Shown: positions 18,023 to 27,838, counted from the stretch's first letter. The stretch: 64,000 nt of DNA from Patescibacteria group bacterium (GCA_004321885.1 SCQK01000007.1:128001-192000), one strand, 5' to 3'. The notes: generated by a model not told the origin, from the sequence alone. Translations and numbers: made by a program.

Positions 18023-18146
18023 ACTCCACCCCACCTCGCCTCCCCCTTGGAGAGGAAACAACGATTACCCCTCCCCAACCCTCCCCTTATAAATGACGAT
18101 TACCCCTCTCTAACTCTCCCCTTATAAAGGGGAGAGAAACGACGAC
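18023..18146. repeat. three family A repeats and half-repeats (18023-18060, 18066-18100, 18101-18146); the last supplies the C-terminus and stop of the phosphomannomutase gene
   Basis: tacccctctctaactctccccttataaaggggagagaaacgacgac. Confidence 0.8.
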
Positions 18147-19516
18147 ACTTCTTTTGTCTTATCGGTCATCAGCGACTCTGAACGCGCTTCCAAGTTGAGG
18201 CGCATTTTGTTTTCGGTGTTTGACGCGCGCACGTTAAACCACCAGTCCGGCCATTCAAAAGACAGCCCGTCAAAGTCATATTTCAAATTCGCGCCATACT
18301 TTTCCCGCAAAGCAACGAACACCGCCTGCTTGTCTTCCACCGCGAAATTGATTTCACCCGAATGAAAATACTTATACAAAGGCGCGCAATACTCGCTTAT
18401 CGTCTTCCCGCTCTCGGACAGCTCCTGCAAAATCTTCAAGAGCATTATCTCCGGCGCCTCAAAAGTGCCGTGCGGCATTTTCAAGAAAAAATGCCCGGAT
18501 GATTCGCCGGCGAACACAGCTCCGGTCTCGGCCATCTTTTCTTTTATCAGCGAATGCCCCACTTTGGTCACCATTGGTTTGCCGCCGGCCTCCACGATCA
18601 TGTCCTCGGTGATTTTGCCAGGCCGAACATCGTAGCAAATTGTCGCGCCCGGATACTCGCGCAAAAATATCTGCGCCAAAATGCCACGCACTATGGCCGG
18701 CTCTATTGTCTTGCCTTTTTCGTCAACAAAAAATACTCGGTCCGCGTCGCCATCAAGAGCCACGCCCAAATCAGCGCCGGTTTCAACAACTTTTTCTTGA
18801 AGCGCGCGGTTGTTTACATCTTTCAAAGGATCGGCCTCGTGATTTGGAAAATTACCGTCCAGTTCAAAATACAAAGGCACTAACTCGCACGGTAAATGTT
18901 TGAATAATTCTTCCATCAAAGGTCCGCCCATACCGTTGGCCGAATCAACCACCACTTTGAGTGGATTAATTTTCTTCACGTCCGCCTGGGTGAGAGCGAA
19001 GGCGATGTGATCCGCGATGACGTTTTCTTTTTTTGACAATACCCCCTTCTCACCTCCCCCTTGTAAAGGGGGAGGGATTGCGCCACCCGCGATCATATCG
19101 CGGATTTCCATTATTCCGGTATCTCCACTTATCGGACCGGCCGCGGCGCGCACCATCTTAAACCCGTTATACTTCGCCGGATTGTGTGAGGCCGATACTT
19201 GCAAGCCGCCGTCATAGCCGTAATGGGCCACGGAAAAATAAAAAGTCGGCGTGGAAACCAAACCAACGTCAATCACGTTCACGCCTTGCTCCAAAATTCC
19301 TTTGATAACCGCGTTTGCCAAAACCGGAGAAGAAGCGCGCATGTCGCGGCCCACAACGACTGTTACCCCTCCCTCACCCTCCCCTTGTAAAGGGGAGGGA
19401 GTGCGCCTGATAAACTCCGCGAACGCCCGCCCCACCTTAAAAGCCAAACCCTCGTTTAATTCATCCGGATACACCCCCCTGATGTCATAGGCCTTAAAAA
19501 TTTGTGCTGGAAACAT
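18122..19516 (-). CDS. phosphomannomutase/phosphoglucomutase family protein (alpha-D-phosphohexomutase)
   Basis: SASHNPAKYNGFK active-site loop and GVALDGDADR metal loop. It carries two in-frame family A insertions (19040-19083 and 19363-19405). Confidence 0.88.
   Translation of the reverse strand: MFPAQIFKAYDIRGVYPDELNEGLAFKVGRAFAEFIRRTPSPLQGEGEGGVTVVVGRDMRASSPVLANAVIKGILEQGVNVIDVGLVSTPTFYFSVAHYGYDGGLQVSASHNPAKYNGFKMVRAAAGPISGDTGIMEIRDMIAGGAIPPPLQGGGEKGVLSKKENVIADHIAFALTQADVKKINPLKVVVDSANGMGGPLMEELFKHLPCELVPLYFELDGNFPNHEADPLKDVNNRALQEKVVETGADLGVALDGDADRVFFVDEKGKTIEPAIVRGILAQIFLREYPGATICYDVRPGKITEDMIVEAGGKPMVTKVGHSLIKEKMAETGAVFAGESSGHFFLKMPHGTFEAPEIMLLKILQELSESGKTISEYCAPLYKYFHSGEINFAVEDKQAVFVALREKYGANLKYDFDGLSFEWPDWWFNVRASNTENKMRLNLEARSESLMTDKTKEVSSFLSPL
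19040..19083. repeat. family A hairpin inserted in-frame in the phosphomannomutase gene (encodes GGAIPPPLQGGGEKG)
   Basis: tacccccttctcacctcccccttgtaaagggggagggattgcg. Confidence 0.85.
19363..19405. repeat. family A hairpin inserted in-frame in the phosphomannomutase gene (encodes TPSPLQGEGEGGV)
   Basis: ttacccctccctcaccctccccttgtaaaggggagggagtgcg. Confidence 0.85.
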
Positions 19517-19637
19517 AATTTTGCTTGAAATATTAATGCAAGTACTATATAATAATAATGTAAATTGGGCAAGGTTTATTTCTGGATTCCCGCTCCCTGT
19601 TCAGAGCCAGGGACAAGTTTCGTGGGAATAACAAACT

Positions 19638-22022
19638 ATGAACATCATGGACCGTTTTTCCACTCATCTGCGCGAGGCGCTGGTGCGCGGCATCCGCCTG
19701 GCCACCGAGCTGGGCAACGAACAGGTAGAGCCCGCGCATTTGTTGTTCGCGCTCTTTACCCAAAAAGGGTCCGTGGCCGCCGAAATGCTGGTCAAATTCA
19801 AGATTGATTCCAAAACTATTGAACGCGCCATCATGGACCTGCCCTCCAGAAAAAGCGAACGTCAGGAAGGATTCAACGCGCAAATCATCATCACCCCCCT
19901 CTCGGCCGGCGCCAAAGCAGCTATGGAAAAGGCCATCTTATCCGCCCAGGAAAACAGCCACAACTACATCGGCACCGAGCATTTGCTTTACGCGCTTATA
20001 AAAATCAAAGACAATATTTTGGAAAATATTTTCTCCGCCAGCAACACCGACGAGCGCGAACTGTTGGCGCAAGTGGAATCCTTGCTCGCCAACTCCACCA
20101 AATTTCCGGCCATCAGCGAAATGGCCGACATCTTTGAAAAAATCCAAGAAAATTTGGAAGAAAATTTTCTGCCGCCGTCCGCTCCGCGGCCAAACGACAA
20201 AAATAAAAATAAGAAAAAAAACGGGGCCCTGGAATATTTTGCCGCCAATCTCACCAGCCCCGACATCCAAAAATACATTGACCCGGTCATCGGCCGCCAA
20301 GCCGAAATAGAACGTCTGGAGCATATCCTTTGCCGCCGCACCAAAAACAACCCCATCTTGCTCGGCGACCCTGGTGTGGGCAAGACCGCCATTGTGGAAG
20401 GCATGGCCAAAAAAATCCTGGCCAACGACGTGCCTGACATACTGCTGAACAAAAAAATCTATTCGCTGGATATGGGCCTCCTCATCGCCGGCACCATTTA
20501 TCGCGGCGAGTTTGAGGCGCGCATCAAGCAAATCATAGACGAGGTAGCGGCCAATCCCGACATCATTCTTTTCATAGATGAAATCCACAACATCGTGGGC
20601 ACCGGCTCCAATCAGGGCACCATGGACGCGGCCAATATCCTAAAACCGGCCCTGGCCCGCGGGCAAATCCGCTGTATCGGCGCCACCACCCCGGGCGAAT
20701 ACAAAAAATACATTGAAAGCGACCCGGCCCTGGAGCGCCGCTTCCAGCCCATCTACATCAAACAGCCGAGCGTGGAAGAAACTATCAAAATTTTAAGCGG
20801 GGTGCGCAAAAATTACGAACAGTACCACAATCTTAAAATCACCAACTCGGCCATAGAAGCGGCCGTAAAACTCTCCGACCGTTTTATCGCCAATAAACTT
20901 TTGCCGGACAAGGCCATAGATTTACTGGATGAAACCGGCGCGGCCAAGCGTCTGAAAACGCGCTTGCCGCTGGCGGAAAAAATTCATCGCTTCGGCATTA
21001 TTACGGCCGACGACGTAGCCAGACAGCTGGCCAAAATCATCCAAACGCCGGTTGATTCATTGTTGTTAAACGAAAAAGAAAGGCTGGTCTCGCTGGAAGA
21101 CGAGCTGAAAAAATATATCGTGGGCCAAGACGAAACCATCGGCGGGGTGAGCAAGTTTATCCGGCAGGCGCAACTGCAGTTGTCTAATCCCAACCGGCCC
21201 ATGGCTTCGTTTCTGTTTGTCGGCGAAAGCGGGGTGGGCAAAACCGAGCTGGCCAAAGTGATGGCGCAGGCGCTTTATCCCGGCCGCGAGGCGCTCATTA
21301 AGCTGGACATGAGCGAATTCAGCGAAAGCCACAGCGTTTCCAAACTCTTGGGCTCGCCGGCCGGCTATGTGGGCTATCGCGAAAGCAACCAATTGATAGA
21401 CGCGCTAAAAATAAACCCGTACAGCGTGATTTTGTTTGATGAAATAGACAAAGCGCACAAAGACGTTTCCAAATTGCTTTTGCAAATGCTGGAAAACGGC
21501 GAGGCCACTGATTCTTCGGGCAAAAAAGTTTCACTAAAACATTCTGTCATAGTGCTCACCACTTCCTGGGGAGCGCAGGATATCAAAAAATCCGCTTTCG
21601 GATTCAGTGGTAGTAAAACGGACAACAACTGTCATTCCCGCGAAAGCGGGAATCCAGTCGCCAAGGAAACCGAATCCCGCCTCAAAGAAAAACTGAAAGA
21701 ATTTTTCTCGGCCGAACTCATCAATCGGCTGGACAAAATCTTCTTGTTTAATAATTTATCGGCCGAAGATCTCGGTAAAATCGGCCAAATGGAAATTGAA
21801 CGGCTGAACGAACGCCTGAAAAGATACAAAACCGCGGTGGCGGCCGAGCCGGAATTTTTGGACTGGCTTACGCGGGTATCGGCCAAAAACAGCAACGCGC
21901 GCGATGTGCGTCAGGAGGTGCGCGGGGCCATAGAAAACCTGATGGCTGAAATTATTCTCGCCGAAAACATCAAAGACGGCTACTCGCTTTTTGTGGAAGA
22001 AGACCGAATAAGAATACGGTAA
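19638..22022 (+). CDS. clpC: ATP-dependent Clp protease ATP-binding subunit ClpC-like (double Clp-N, two AAA+ modules)
   Basis: Clp N repeats; GDPGVGKT and GESGVGKT Walker A motifs. It carries an in-frame repeat insertion at 21630-21655. Confidence 0.9.
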   Translation: MNIMDRFSTHLREALVRGIRLATELGNEQVEPAHLLFALFTQKGSVAAEMLVKFKIDSKTIERAIMDLPSRKSERQEGFNAQIIITPLSAGAKAAMEKAILSAQENSHNYIGTEHLLYALIKIKDNILENIFSASNTDERELLAQVESLLANSTKFPAISEMADIFEKIQENLEENFLPPSAPRPNDKNKNKKKNGALEYFAANLTSPDIQKYIDPVIGRQAEIERLEHILCRRTKNNPILLGDPGVGKTAIVEGMAKKILANDVPDILLNKKIYSLDMGLLIAGTIYRGEFEARIKQIIDEVAANPDIILFIDEIHNIVGTGSNQGTMDAANILKPALARGQIRCIGATTPGEYKKYIESDPALERRFQPIYIKQPSVEETIKILSGVRKNYEQYHNLKITNSAIEAAVKLSDRFIANKLLPDKAIDLLDETGAAKRLKTRLPLAEKIHRFGIITADDVARQLAKIIQTPVDSLLLNEKERLVSLEDELKKYIVGQDETIGGVSKFIRQAQLQLSNPNRPMASFLFVGESGVGKTELAKVMAQALYPGREALIKLDMSEFSESHSVSKLLGSPAGYVGYRESNQLIDALKINPYSVILFDEIDKAHKDVSKLLLQMLENGEATDSSGKKVSLKHSVIVLTTSWGAQDIKKSAFGFSGSKTDNNCHSRESGNPVAKETESRLKEKLKEFFSAELINRLDKIFLFNNLSAEDLGKIGQMEIERLNERLKRYKTAVAAEPEFLDWLTRVSAKNSNARDVRQEVRGAIENLMAEIILAENIKDGYSLFVEEDRIRIR
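21630..21655. repeat. family C hairpin TGTCATTCCCGCGAAAGCGGGAATCC in-frame in clpC (encodes CHSRESGNP)
   Basis: Perfect hairpin with the TGTCAT terminus. Confidence 0.75.
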
Positions 22023-22031
22023 ACCGCGCGA

Positions 22032-22106
22032 ACCCCCTCCCCTATTAGGGGAGGGGGAACCCAATTACTCCTCCCCCTTTTAGGGGGAGGATAAAGGAGG
22101 GGGTAT
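22032..22106. repeat. two family A hairpin repeats
   Basis: accccctcccctattaggggagggggaaccc and aattactcctcccccttttagggggaggataaaggagggggtatt. Confidence 0.85.
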
Positions 22107-22108
22107 TT

Positions 22109-22705
22109 ATGCCACAACAAAACTATGCACAACCATTAGTACAAGAACAGCCCGACCCAATGGCGCCTGATGTCTATGGCGAAGGACCCGCGCGCGCAAC
22201 TGAATCGGAAGAATCCGACGAGCAAAAAGCCGCGCGCGAAGCCGAAGAGGAAGAACGGGAAAACGACCTCGCGCAAAAACGGCAAAAAGACCGCGTGGGC
22301 ACTGGCGTTCGCGGAGCCGTCAATCAAAGCAAGTTCGCCCAAAAAGCTATGGAAATAAAAAATTTTCGCAAAATTAAAAATATAAAAAAAGAAATTCAAG
22401 AAAATGAAAAGGAGAAAACCAAGAAAGAAAAAGAAATAAAAAAAATCAGAAGAAAAATTTTCTGGGGCTGGGTCAGAACCATTGGACTGGTGATAATTAC
22501 GGGCGGCGTAGGCACTTTCATGCTTTTGAAAAAAATGTGGGATTCAAAATCTGAACAGGATAAAATTAAAAAATTAAAAAAGGAAATAAAAGATTTGGAG
22601 AAAAAAATGAAAGAAAAAGAAGAGCAGGTTCAGGATTTAATGATAATTTGGAAGAAAAAACAGCGCGAACAGCCGCAGGAATTTGATAACGCTCCGGCGT
22701 ATTAA
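22109..22705 (+). CDS. hypothetical Lys/Glu-rich coiled-coil protein with one TM helix
   Basis: Low-complexity KEKE repeats flank a GWVRTIGLVIITGGVGTFMLL helix. Confidence 0.5.
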   Translation: MPQQNYAQPLVQEQPDPMAPDVYGEGPARATESEESDEQKAAREAEEEERENDLAQKRQKDRVGTGVRGAVNQSKFAQKAMEIKNFRKIKNIKKEIQENEKEKTKKEKEIKKIRRKIFWGWVRTIGLVIITGGVGTFMLLKKMWDSKSEQDKIKKLKKEIKDLEKKMKEKEEQVQDLMIIWKKKQREQPQEFDNAPAY

Positions 22706-22731
22706 ATAAAATTTTATTGTATTCATAAAGC

Positions 22732-23961
22732 TTGTCAATGAATATGTCCGTCAAAAAAATTTTCCTCATCGTCCTCCTGCTTCTGGTGGCGGTTCTTATC
22801 GGTATCGGGCTTTATAAAATGTTTATTGGCGCCAAGCCGGCCGCCAAAATCCCCTATCAACCGCCCGCACCCATTACCCCGGGCGTACTGCCGCCCTCGG
22901 GCGCGCGCACTACGACCGGCGCGGGCGTTCCCGCGGGCGCCATTTTGCCTTCGGCCGGTTTTATGGTGCAAACCTCCACCCCGGCCGGATTCTACAAAGC
23001 CGAGCCAGTCACCCAAATCAGCGCCGACTACGCGGTTTATCCTTCACTGAACCAAACCGGCGGCTTCCGTTATTACAACGCGGCCGACGGCAAATTTTAC
23101 GACATCCGAAACGGCAAAATTACTCCCCTTTCGGACCAGGTCTTTTACAACGCTTCAAACGTCACCTGGGCCAAAAACCGTGACATTGTCGTGATAGAAT
23201 ATCCGGACCAGTCAAAAATCATCTACAATTTTGAAACCGAAAAGCAGGTAACTTTGCCCAAACACTGGAGCGAATTTTCTTTTTCTCCCGAAGGCAAAGA
23301 GATCGCGGCCAAAAGCATTGGCCTGGCCCCGGAAAATCGCTGGTTGGTTACCACGCGAGACGACGGCACCGGCACCAAAACCATAGAACCCATGGGAAAC
23401 AACGCCGACCGCGTGCTGGTGGACTGGTCTCCCAGCCGGCAAGCCGTGGCTTTTTCGCGCACCGGCGAGCCCCTTGGCGCCGAACGCCAGGAAATTTTGC
23501 TCGTTGGCCTGAACGGCGAAAATTTCAAATCCTTGGTGGTTGAGGGCGAAAACTTTTTGCCCAAATGGTCTACCACCGGCAAAAAATTATTATACAGCGT
23601 GGACAGTTCGCGCACGGATTTTAATCCCGAACTCTGGATAAGCGACGCCTATGGCGACCGCATCGGCGATAACAGACAAACCTTAAAATTAAACACCTGG
23701 GCCGACAAGTGCGCTTTCGCGAGCGACGATGCTTTGTACTGCGCCGTGCCCAAAGAATTGCCCCAGGGCGCGGGCATGGCGCGCGACATTGCCAACGGCC
23801 TGGCCGACGAATTGTACAAAATTGACCTGCGCACCGGTCTCAAAACAGTCGTGCCCCTGGGCGGCGATTACAATATCACCAATATTTCTTTTGATGCCGC
23901 CAAATCCGCGTTGTATTTCACGGATTTAAATAAGAGCGGGGTGTTTGAAAGCAAATTATGA
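22732..23961 (+). CDS. membrane-anchored TolB-like (PD40/WD40-like beta-propeller) protein
   Basis: N-terminal TM, then repeated FSFSPEGKEIA, VDWSPSRQAVAFS and PKWSTTGKKLLYS blades. Confidence 0.65.
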   Translation: MSMNMSVKKIFLIVLLLLVAVLIGIGLYKMFIGAKPAAKIPYQPPAPITPGVLPPSGARTTTGAGVPAGAILPSAGFMVQTSTPAGFYKAEPVTQISADYAVYPSLNQTGGFRYYNAADGKFYDIRNGKITPLSDQVFYNASNVTWAKNRDIVVIEYPDQSKIIYNFETEKQVTLPKHWSEFSFSPEGKEIAAKSIGLAPENRWLVTTRDDGTGTKTIEPMGNNADRVLVDWSPSRQAVAFSRTGEPLGAERQEILLVGLNGENFKSLVVEGENFLPKWSTTGKKLLYSVDSSRTDFNPELWISDAYGDRIGDNRQTLKLNTWADKCAFASDDALYCAVPKELPQGAGMARDIANGLADELYKIDLRTGLKTVVPLGGDYNITNISFDAAKSALYFTDLNKSGVFESKL

Positions 23962-24611
23962 CCAAAAAATTTTTCTTGGTGCTCGGCTTAATTCTTATTG
24001 CGACCGGTCTTTTATTCTACAAGCAAATCCGCCGCGCCCTCGGCATTACTGTCACGCCCAATGCCCTGCCGCTTATTGAATTTACCAGCGTCAATATTCC
24101 AGAAGGCGGTTTCACTCCTGTTTTGGGCAACCCGGGCGCGGACATCACCGTAGTGGAATTCGCGGACTTTGCCTGCGGCGAGTGTAAAAAAATTCATTAC
24201 GGTTTAAGCGATTACATCGCAAAAAACCCGCAAAAGGCGCGCCTGATTTGGCGAGGCGTGCCGGCCGGAAAATGGTACGCGGCCGGAAACACACTATCTC
24301 ACCAGGCCTCTTATTGCGCCGACAAGCAGGGCAAATTTTGGCAATTCGCGGCCATGGCCATGTCTGATAAAAATAATCTAACCGAAGCCGGACTGAAAAA
24401 AATGGCTGAGGGTTTGAATCTAAATTTGGTTGCCTGGGGGCGCTGTGCCAACTCCGAAGAAGCCAAACAGGCGGTAACAGCGAACTCCGACATTGCCGCC
24501 GGTCTCGGCATCCGCGCGCTGCCGGGCATTTTTATTAACAACCGCCGCATCAATCTGGACGCCCAGGCCGACATCGTGGAAATTCTCAAAAAATTCGTGG
24601 AAAAAGAATAA
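23958..24611 (+). CDS. DsbA-like thioredoxin-fold thiol-disulfide oxidoreductase
   Basis: N-terminal TM; VVEFADFACGECKK CxxC motif in a DsbA-like context. Confidence 0.7.
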   Translation: MTKKFFLVLGLILIATGLLFYKQIRRALGITVTPNALPLIEFTSVNIPEGGFTPVLGNPGADITVVEFADFACGECKKIHYGLSDYIAKNPQKARLIWRGVPAGKWYAAGNTLSHQASYCADKQGKFWQFAAMAMSDKNNLTEAGLKKMAEGLNLNLVAWGRCANSEEAKQAVTANSDIAAGLGIRALPGIFINNRRINLDAQADIVEILKKFVEKE

Positions 24612-24616
24612 AATTG

Positions 24617-24724
24617 CTGGGGCTCCATAGTCCGAAGTCTCGCCGCTGGCTCCATACTGTGTGTGGAGCCACAATGCACCCTGGCTCCATAGTCCCCGAC
24701 TCAATCGGGGCTGTGGAGCCAGCC
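24617..24724. repeat. family E nested hairpin repeats (GGCTCCATAG ... CTGTGGAGCC)
   Basis: ctggctccatactgtgtgtggagcc and ctggctccatagtccccgactcaatcggggctgtggagccagcc; a related copy sits inside folC (40468-40555). Confidence 0.8.
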
Positions 24725-24731
24725 ATCAATT

Positions 24732-26231
24732 ATGTCCCGTAAAATTTTTCTCACAATCTTTCTCGCCGCGCTTTTGTTTTCTTTTGCCAGCGCTGATTTC
24801 ACGCTGGCGGCGGATTATTGCCGCGTAAAATTAGATGTGACTGCTGTCAGTAAAACCACTCTTGCTTGCTACGACATTAGCGCTTTATCAAATTATCCAA
24901 AGTTCAAAGGAAAAGAGGCGGGAGATATCTGCAATGAATTTTACGGCGACTTGGAAAACCAGGAACCGACCGTTAAAAACTATACAGCCCATGAATGTGT
25001 TTCGGCAGAGTCTTTGGAAGAGTGCAAAAAAGGAAATGAAGCGCCGGCCTGCCCCAAAACAAAACTGGAAGTAATCACAAAATTAACAGCTGAACTAAGA
25101 CCGCCGGCCACGGCTATCCGCATTCCCGGGCTTTCTTTCAGCGAGATAAACAAAAATATTACCGAAGACGCGGCGGGAAATAAATATCTCAACATCCCCT
25201 GGATAGGTGAAATGCTTACAGCCGTGTACAAATTCGCCATCACCATTGTCAGCATCGTGGCCGTGATAATGATTATCATTCAGGGCGCGCGGGTGGTGAC
25301 ATCCGGCGGAGGCGAAGCCAAAATGGACGCGTACAAAAAAATCATTCAGGCCATCATCGGCCTGGCCATCGCCTGGGGTTCTTACGCGATTTTATATAAC
25401 ATCAATCCGGATTTGGTGACCTTCAAGGCGTTGAAGGTGAGATATATCCAACCCATACCAATGCCAGAATTCGCGGATGATTTACAAACCACAAAAAATG
25501 ATACAACCAGTGATTCAAGCGGGTATTCTTCTGTGTTTGCAAATTGTCCAATAACTCTATCAGCTCCATTTTCGCCAAGTGGAAACCCCGCAAACGAAGC
25601 GCGAACAAAAGAATTTTATGACAAAATAAATTCGGTTATTAAGGGTACTACTTTAAGCGACAAAATATTACAAATCGCCGAAGCCGCTTCAAAATGTCAG
25701 ATTCATTTTGGCTCATGCGGAAGAACAATAGGAACTGTTTATACACTGGCTGGTATTACTACAAAAAGTTACGGCAGTGATTGCTTAACAAAACCAAAAG
25801 GATGCTGGACGCATGAACAGTCAAAACAACTTAACACCATATCAAGTAGCTTGATAAAATCATTTCCAAACTACCGTTGCGGACGAGATTGTAAAGGAAA
25901 CAAAGACAGCCCGAGCGGCTGTGCTAATTCGGACAAGGAAGCGAGAAAAAAAATGTTGAGCACTCTGCTATCTGACTCCAACTTGACCAGTAAAGGGTGG
26001 CCGGATACTTGGGCTAATGATTTAAAACCTGGAGATACATTCTGGGTTTACAATGGGAATACGAGTTGTTCCGGATTGCATACCGCGTTATTTTTAGGGT
26101 GGGCGTCAGATGGCGTCGCAAAAGTTATCCAAGGAGCAGCTGGCAAAGCGGTTGGTATGGGGTCCATTTGCATCAAAAAAAGTTGTGGGGAAAGAATGAA
26201 TCCTTTAATAAAAACTTTTCGGCCACAATGA
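24732..26231 (+). CDS. secreted Cys-rich protein with a pilin-like (TrbC/VirB2-like) double-TM hairpin and a C-terminal CHAP/NlpC-P60-like Cys-His hydrolase domain
   Basis: Signal peptide; TM hairpin VYKFAITIVSIVAVIMIII...IIQAIIGLAIAWGSYAIL; C-terminal ...FGSCGRTIG... (Cys) and GDTFWVYNG...GLHTALFLGW (His), which matches CHAP-type motif order. Confidence 0.45.
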   Translation: MSRKIFLTIFLAALLFSFASADFTLAADYCRVKLDVTAVSKTTLACYDISALSNYPKFKGKEAGDICNEFYGDLENQEPTVKNYTAHECVSAESLEECKKGNEAPACPKTKLEVITKLTAELRPPATAIRIPGLSFSEINKNITEDAAGNKYLNIPWIGEMLTAVYKFAITIVSIVAVIMIIIQGARVVTSGGGEAKMDAYKKIIQAIIGLAIAWGSYAILYNINPDLVTFKALKVRYIQPIPMPEFADDLQTTKNDTTSDSSGYSSVFANCPITLSAPFSPSGNPANEARTKEFYDKINSVIKGTTLSDKILQIAEAASKCQIHFGSCGRTIGTVYTLAGITTKSYGSDCLTKPKGCWTHEQSKQLNTISSSLIKSFPNYRCGRDCKGNKDSPSGCANSDKEARKKMLSTLLSDSNLTSKGWPDTWANDLKPGDTFWVYNGNTSCSGLHTALFLGWASDGVAKVIQGAAGKAVGMGSICIKKSCGERMNPLIKTFRPQ

Positions 26232-26326
26232 AAAATCCAACTTCAACATTTTTTTGTTCCAACTGCGGCGCCCAGTTCATGAAGTGGACCGGACGGCCCA
26301 CCCACTTGAACTCGCAATATTTATGA
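26228..26326 (+). pseudogene. duplicated 5' fragment of radA (zinc-ribbon N-terminus), 32-codon remnant
   Basis: MKNPTSTFFCSNCGAQFMKWTGRP parallels the radA N-terminus FICSNCDAQFTKWVGKC, with high nucleotide similarity to 26335-26395. Confidence 0.55.
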
Positions 26327-27759
26327 AAGATGGCTTTAAAACAATTTTTATCTGCTCAAATTGCGACGCGCAATTTACCAAGTGGGTGGGTAAATGTTTG
26401 GAATGCGGGAAGTGGGGAACAATTGAAAAATCCCAATTTCCAATTTCCAATTTCCAATCAAATTCCAAACTCCAAAATCCAAACACCCAAAATTATCCAC
26501 CAGTAACGACGAAAAGACTTTCAGAGATAGACAGCGCGGAAGCCAAAAGGATAAAAACAAACATTGATGAATTAGACAGAGTGCTTGGAGGGGGGCTCGT
26601 GCCGGGCTCCCTTGTTTTATTGGGCGGCGAGCCGGGCATCGGCAAATCCACTTTGGCAGCGCAATTGGCGGCCGCGATTCCCAACACCTTATATATTTCC
26701 GGCGAAGAATCCGCCGAACAGATTAAATTGCGCTTTGAGCGATTGGGGATTCCGGGTCAAGCCCGGAATGACAATAATGAGACCTTGCGCTTCGCGAACG
26801 CGACGAGCGTGGAGAGTGTGATAGCGGCCATGGATTCCCCCGTACTTAGTCGGGGGAATGACAGTAAAAACGAGACGGTCGGAATGACAAAACCACAACT
26901 CGTTATTGTTGACTCAATTCAGACAACGAGATCAGACGAAGTAGAGGGCGAGGCCGGAAGTATAAACCAAGTGCGGGCCTGCGCGGTTAAACTCATGGAA
27001 GCGGCAAAATCCACGGGCGTACCGATTGTTTTAATCGGCCAAGTGACCAAAGACGGCGCCGTGGCCGGCCCCAAAACCCTGGAACATCTGGTGGACACTG
27101 TGCTCTATCTGGAAGGCGACCGCTTTCACCAATTCAGAATCTTGCGCGCCGCCAAAAATCGCTTTGGCTCAACCGATGAAGTCGGAATTTTTTCCATGGA
27201 AGAAAACGGCCTGCGAGAAGTGAAAAATCCATCGGCCGCGTTTTTGTCCGGACGCGAAGAAAATGTGCCCGGCTCTTGCGTTACCTGCCTGATGGAAGGC
27301 ACCCGTCCCCTGCTGATTGAAGTGCAGGCGCTCGTAACAAAAACTAACTTCGGCTATCCCCAGCGCCGGGCCTCGGGCTTTGACCTAAACCGCTTGCAAG
27401 TGCTTATCGGCGTGCTGACCAAACGCGCCGGACTGCCGCTGGACACTTATGATGTATTTTTGAATGTCGTGGGCGGGATAAGCGCCGAGGAACCGGCCGT
27501 GGACTTGGCCGTGGTGCTCTCCATCGCTTCGGCCACGAAAAACAAACAACTGCCCAAGGGGCTGGCCGCTTTTGGCGAAGTGGGTTTGGGCGGCGAAGTG
27601 CGCGCCGTCAGCCAAGCCAAAAAACGTCTGGATGAAATCAAAAAAATGGGATTTGAATTCGCCGTGGTGCCGGCTTCTTCCGAAGAATACAAAGCGGGCG
27701 GCATCAAAATCGCGCCGGTAAAAAATGTGAAAGAATTAGTAGAAAGGATTGTCTTGTGA
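26323..27759 (+). CDS. radA: DNA repair protein RadA/Sms
   Basis: C4 zinc ribbon; RecA-like GGEPGIGKST Walker A; KNRFG motif; Lon-like C-terminus. It carries in-frame repeat insertions at 26432-26493, 26748-26773 and 26832-26863. Confidence 0.92.
   Translation: MKDGFKTIFICSNCDAQFTKWVGKCLECGKWGTIEKSQFPISNFQSNSKLQNPNTQNYPPVTTKRLSEIDSAEAKRIKTNIDELDRVLGGGLVPGSLVLLGGEPGIGKSTLAAQLAAAIPNTLYISGEESAEQIKLRFERLGIPGQARNDNNETLRFANATSVESVIAAMDSPVLSRGNDSKNETVGMTKPQLVIVDSIQTTRSDEVEGEAGSINQVRACAVKLMEAAKSTGVPIVLIGQVTKDGAVAGPKTLEHLVDTVLYLEGDRFHQFRILRAAKNRFGSTDEVGIFSMEENGLREVKNPSAAFLSGREENVPGSCVTCLMEGTRPLLIEVQALVTKTNFGYPQRRASGFDLNRLQVLIGVLTKRAGLPLDTYDVFLNVVGGISAEEPAVDLAVVLSIASATKNKQLPKGLAAFGEVGLGGEVRAVSQAKKRLDEIKKMGFEFAVVPASSEEYKAGGIKIAPVKNVKELVERIVL
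26432..26493. repeat. family B heptamer array (CCAATTT)n plus degenerate units, in-frame in radA (encodes FPISNFQSNSKLQNP...)
   Basis: cccaatttccaatttccaatttccaatcaaattccaaactccaaaatccaaacac. Confidence 0.85.
26748..26773. repeat. family C hairpin GGATTCCGGGTCAAGCCCGGAATGACA in-frame in radA
   Basis: Same subfamily as 34358-34383. Confidence 0.8.
26832..26863. repeat. family C hairpin GGATTCCCCCGTACTTAGTCGGGGGAATGACA in-frame in radA (encodes DSPVLSRGNDS)
   Basis: Identical to 4512-4543 and 33789-33819. Confidence 0.85.
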
Positions 27760-27760
27760 C

Positions 27761-27838
27761 TGTCATTGCGAGGCCTGAAAGGCCGAAGCAATCCCTTGCA
27801 ATGTGGGATGGGATTGCTTCGCTTCGCTTGCAATGACA
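27761..27838. repeat. family C long palindromic element exactly filling the gap between convergent radA and recG
   Basis: tgtcattgcgaggcctgaaaggccgaagcaatccc...gggattgcttcgcttcgcttgcaatgaca. Confidence 0.85.

Noticed and set aside
16394-18146. CRISPR array
   Set aside because: The hairpin repeats are imperfect, are themselves palindromic with AT loops, have irregular spacing, are partly inside genes, and include no cas genes. These are REP/MITE-like elements, not CRISPR.
19938-20588. 216-aa minus-strand ORF
   Set aside because: Lies antisense within clpC.
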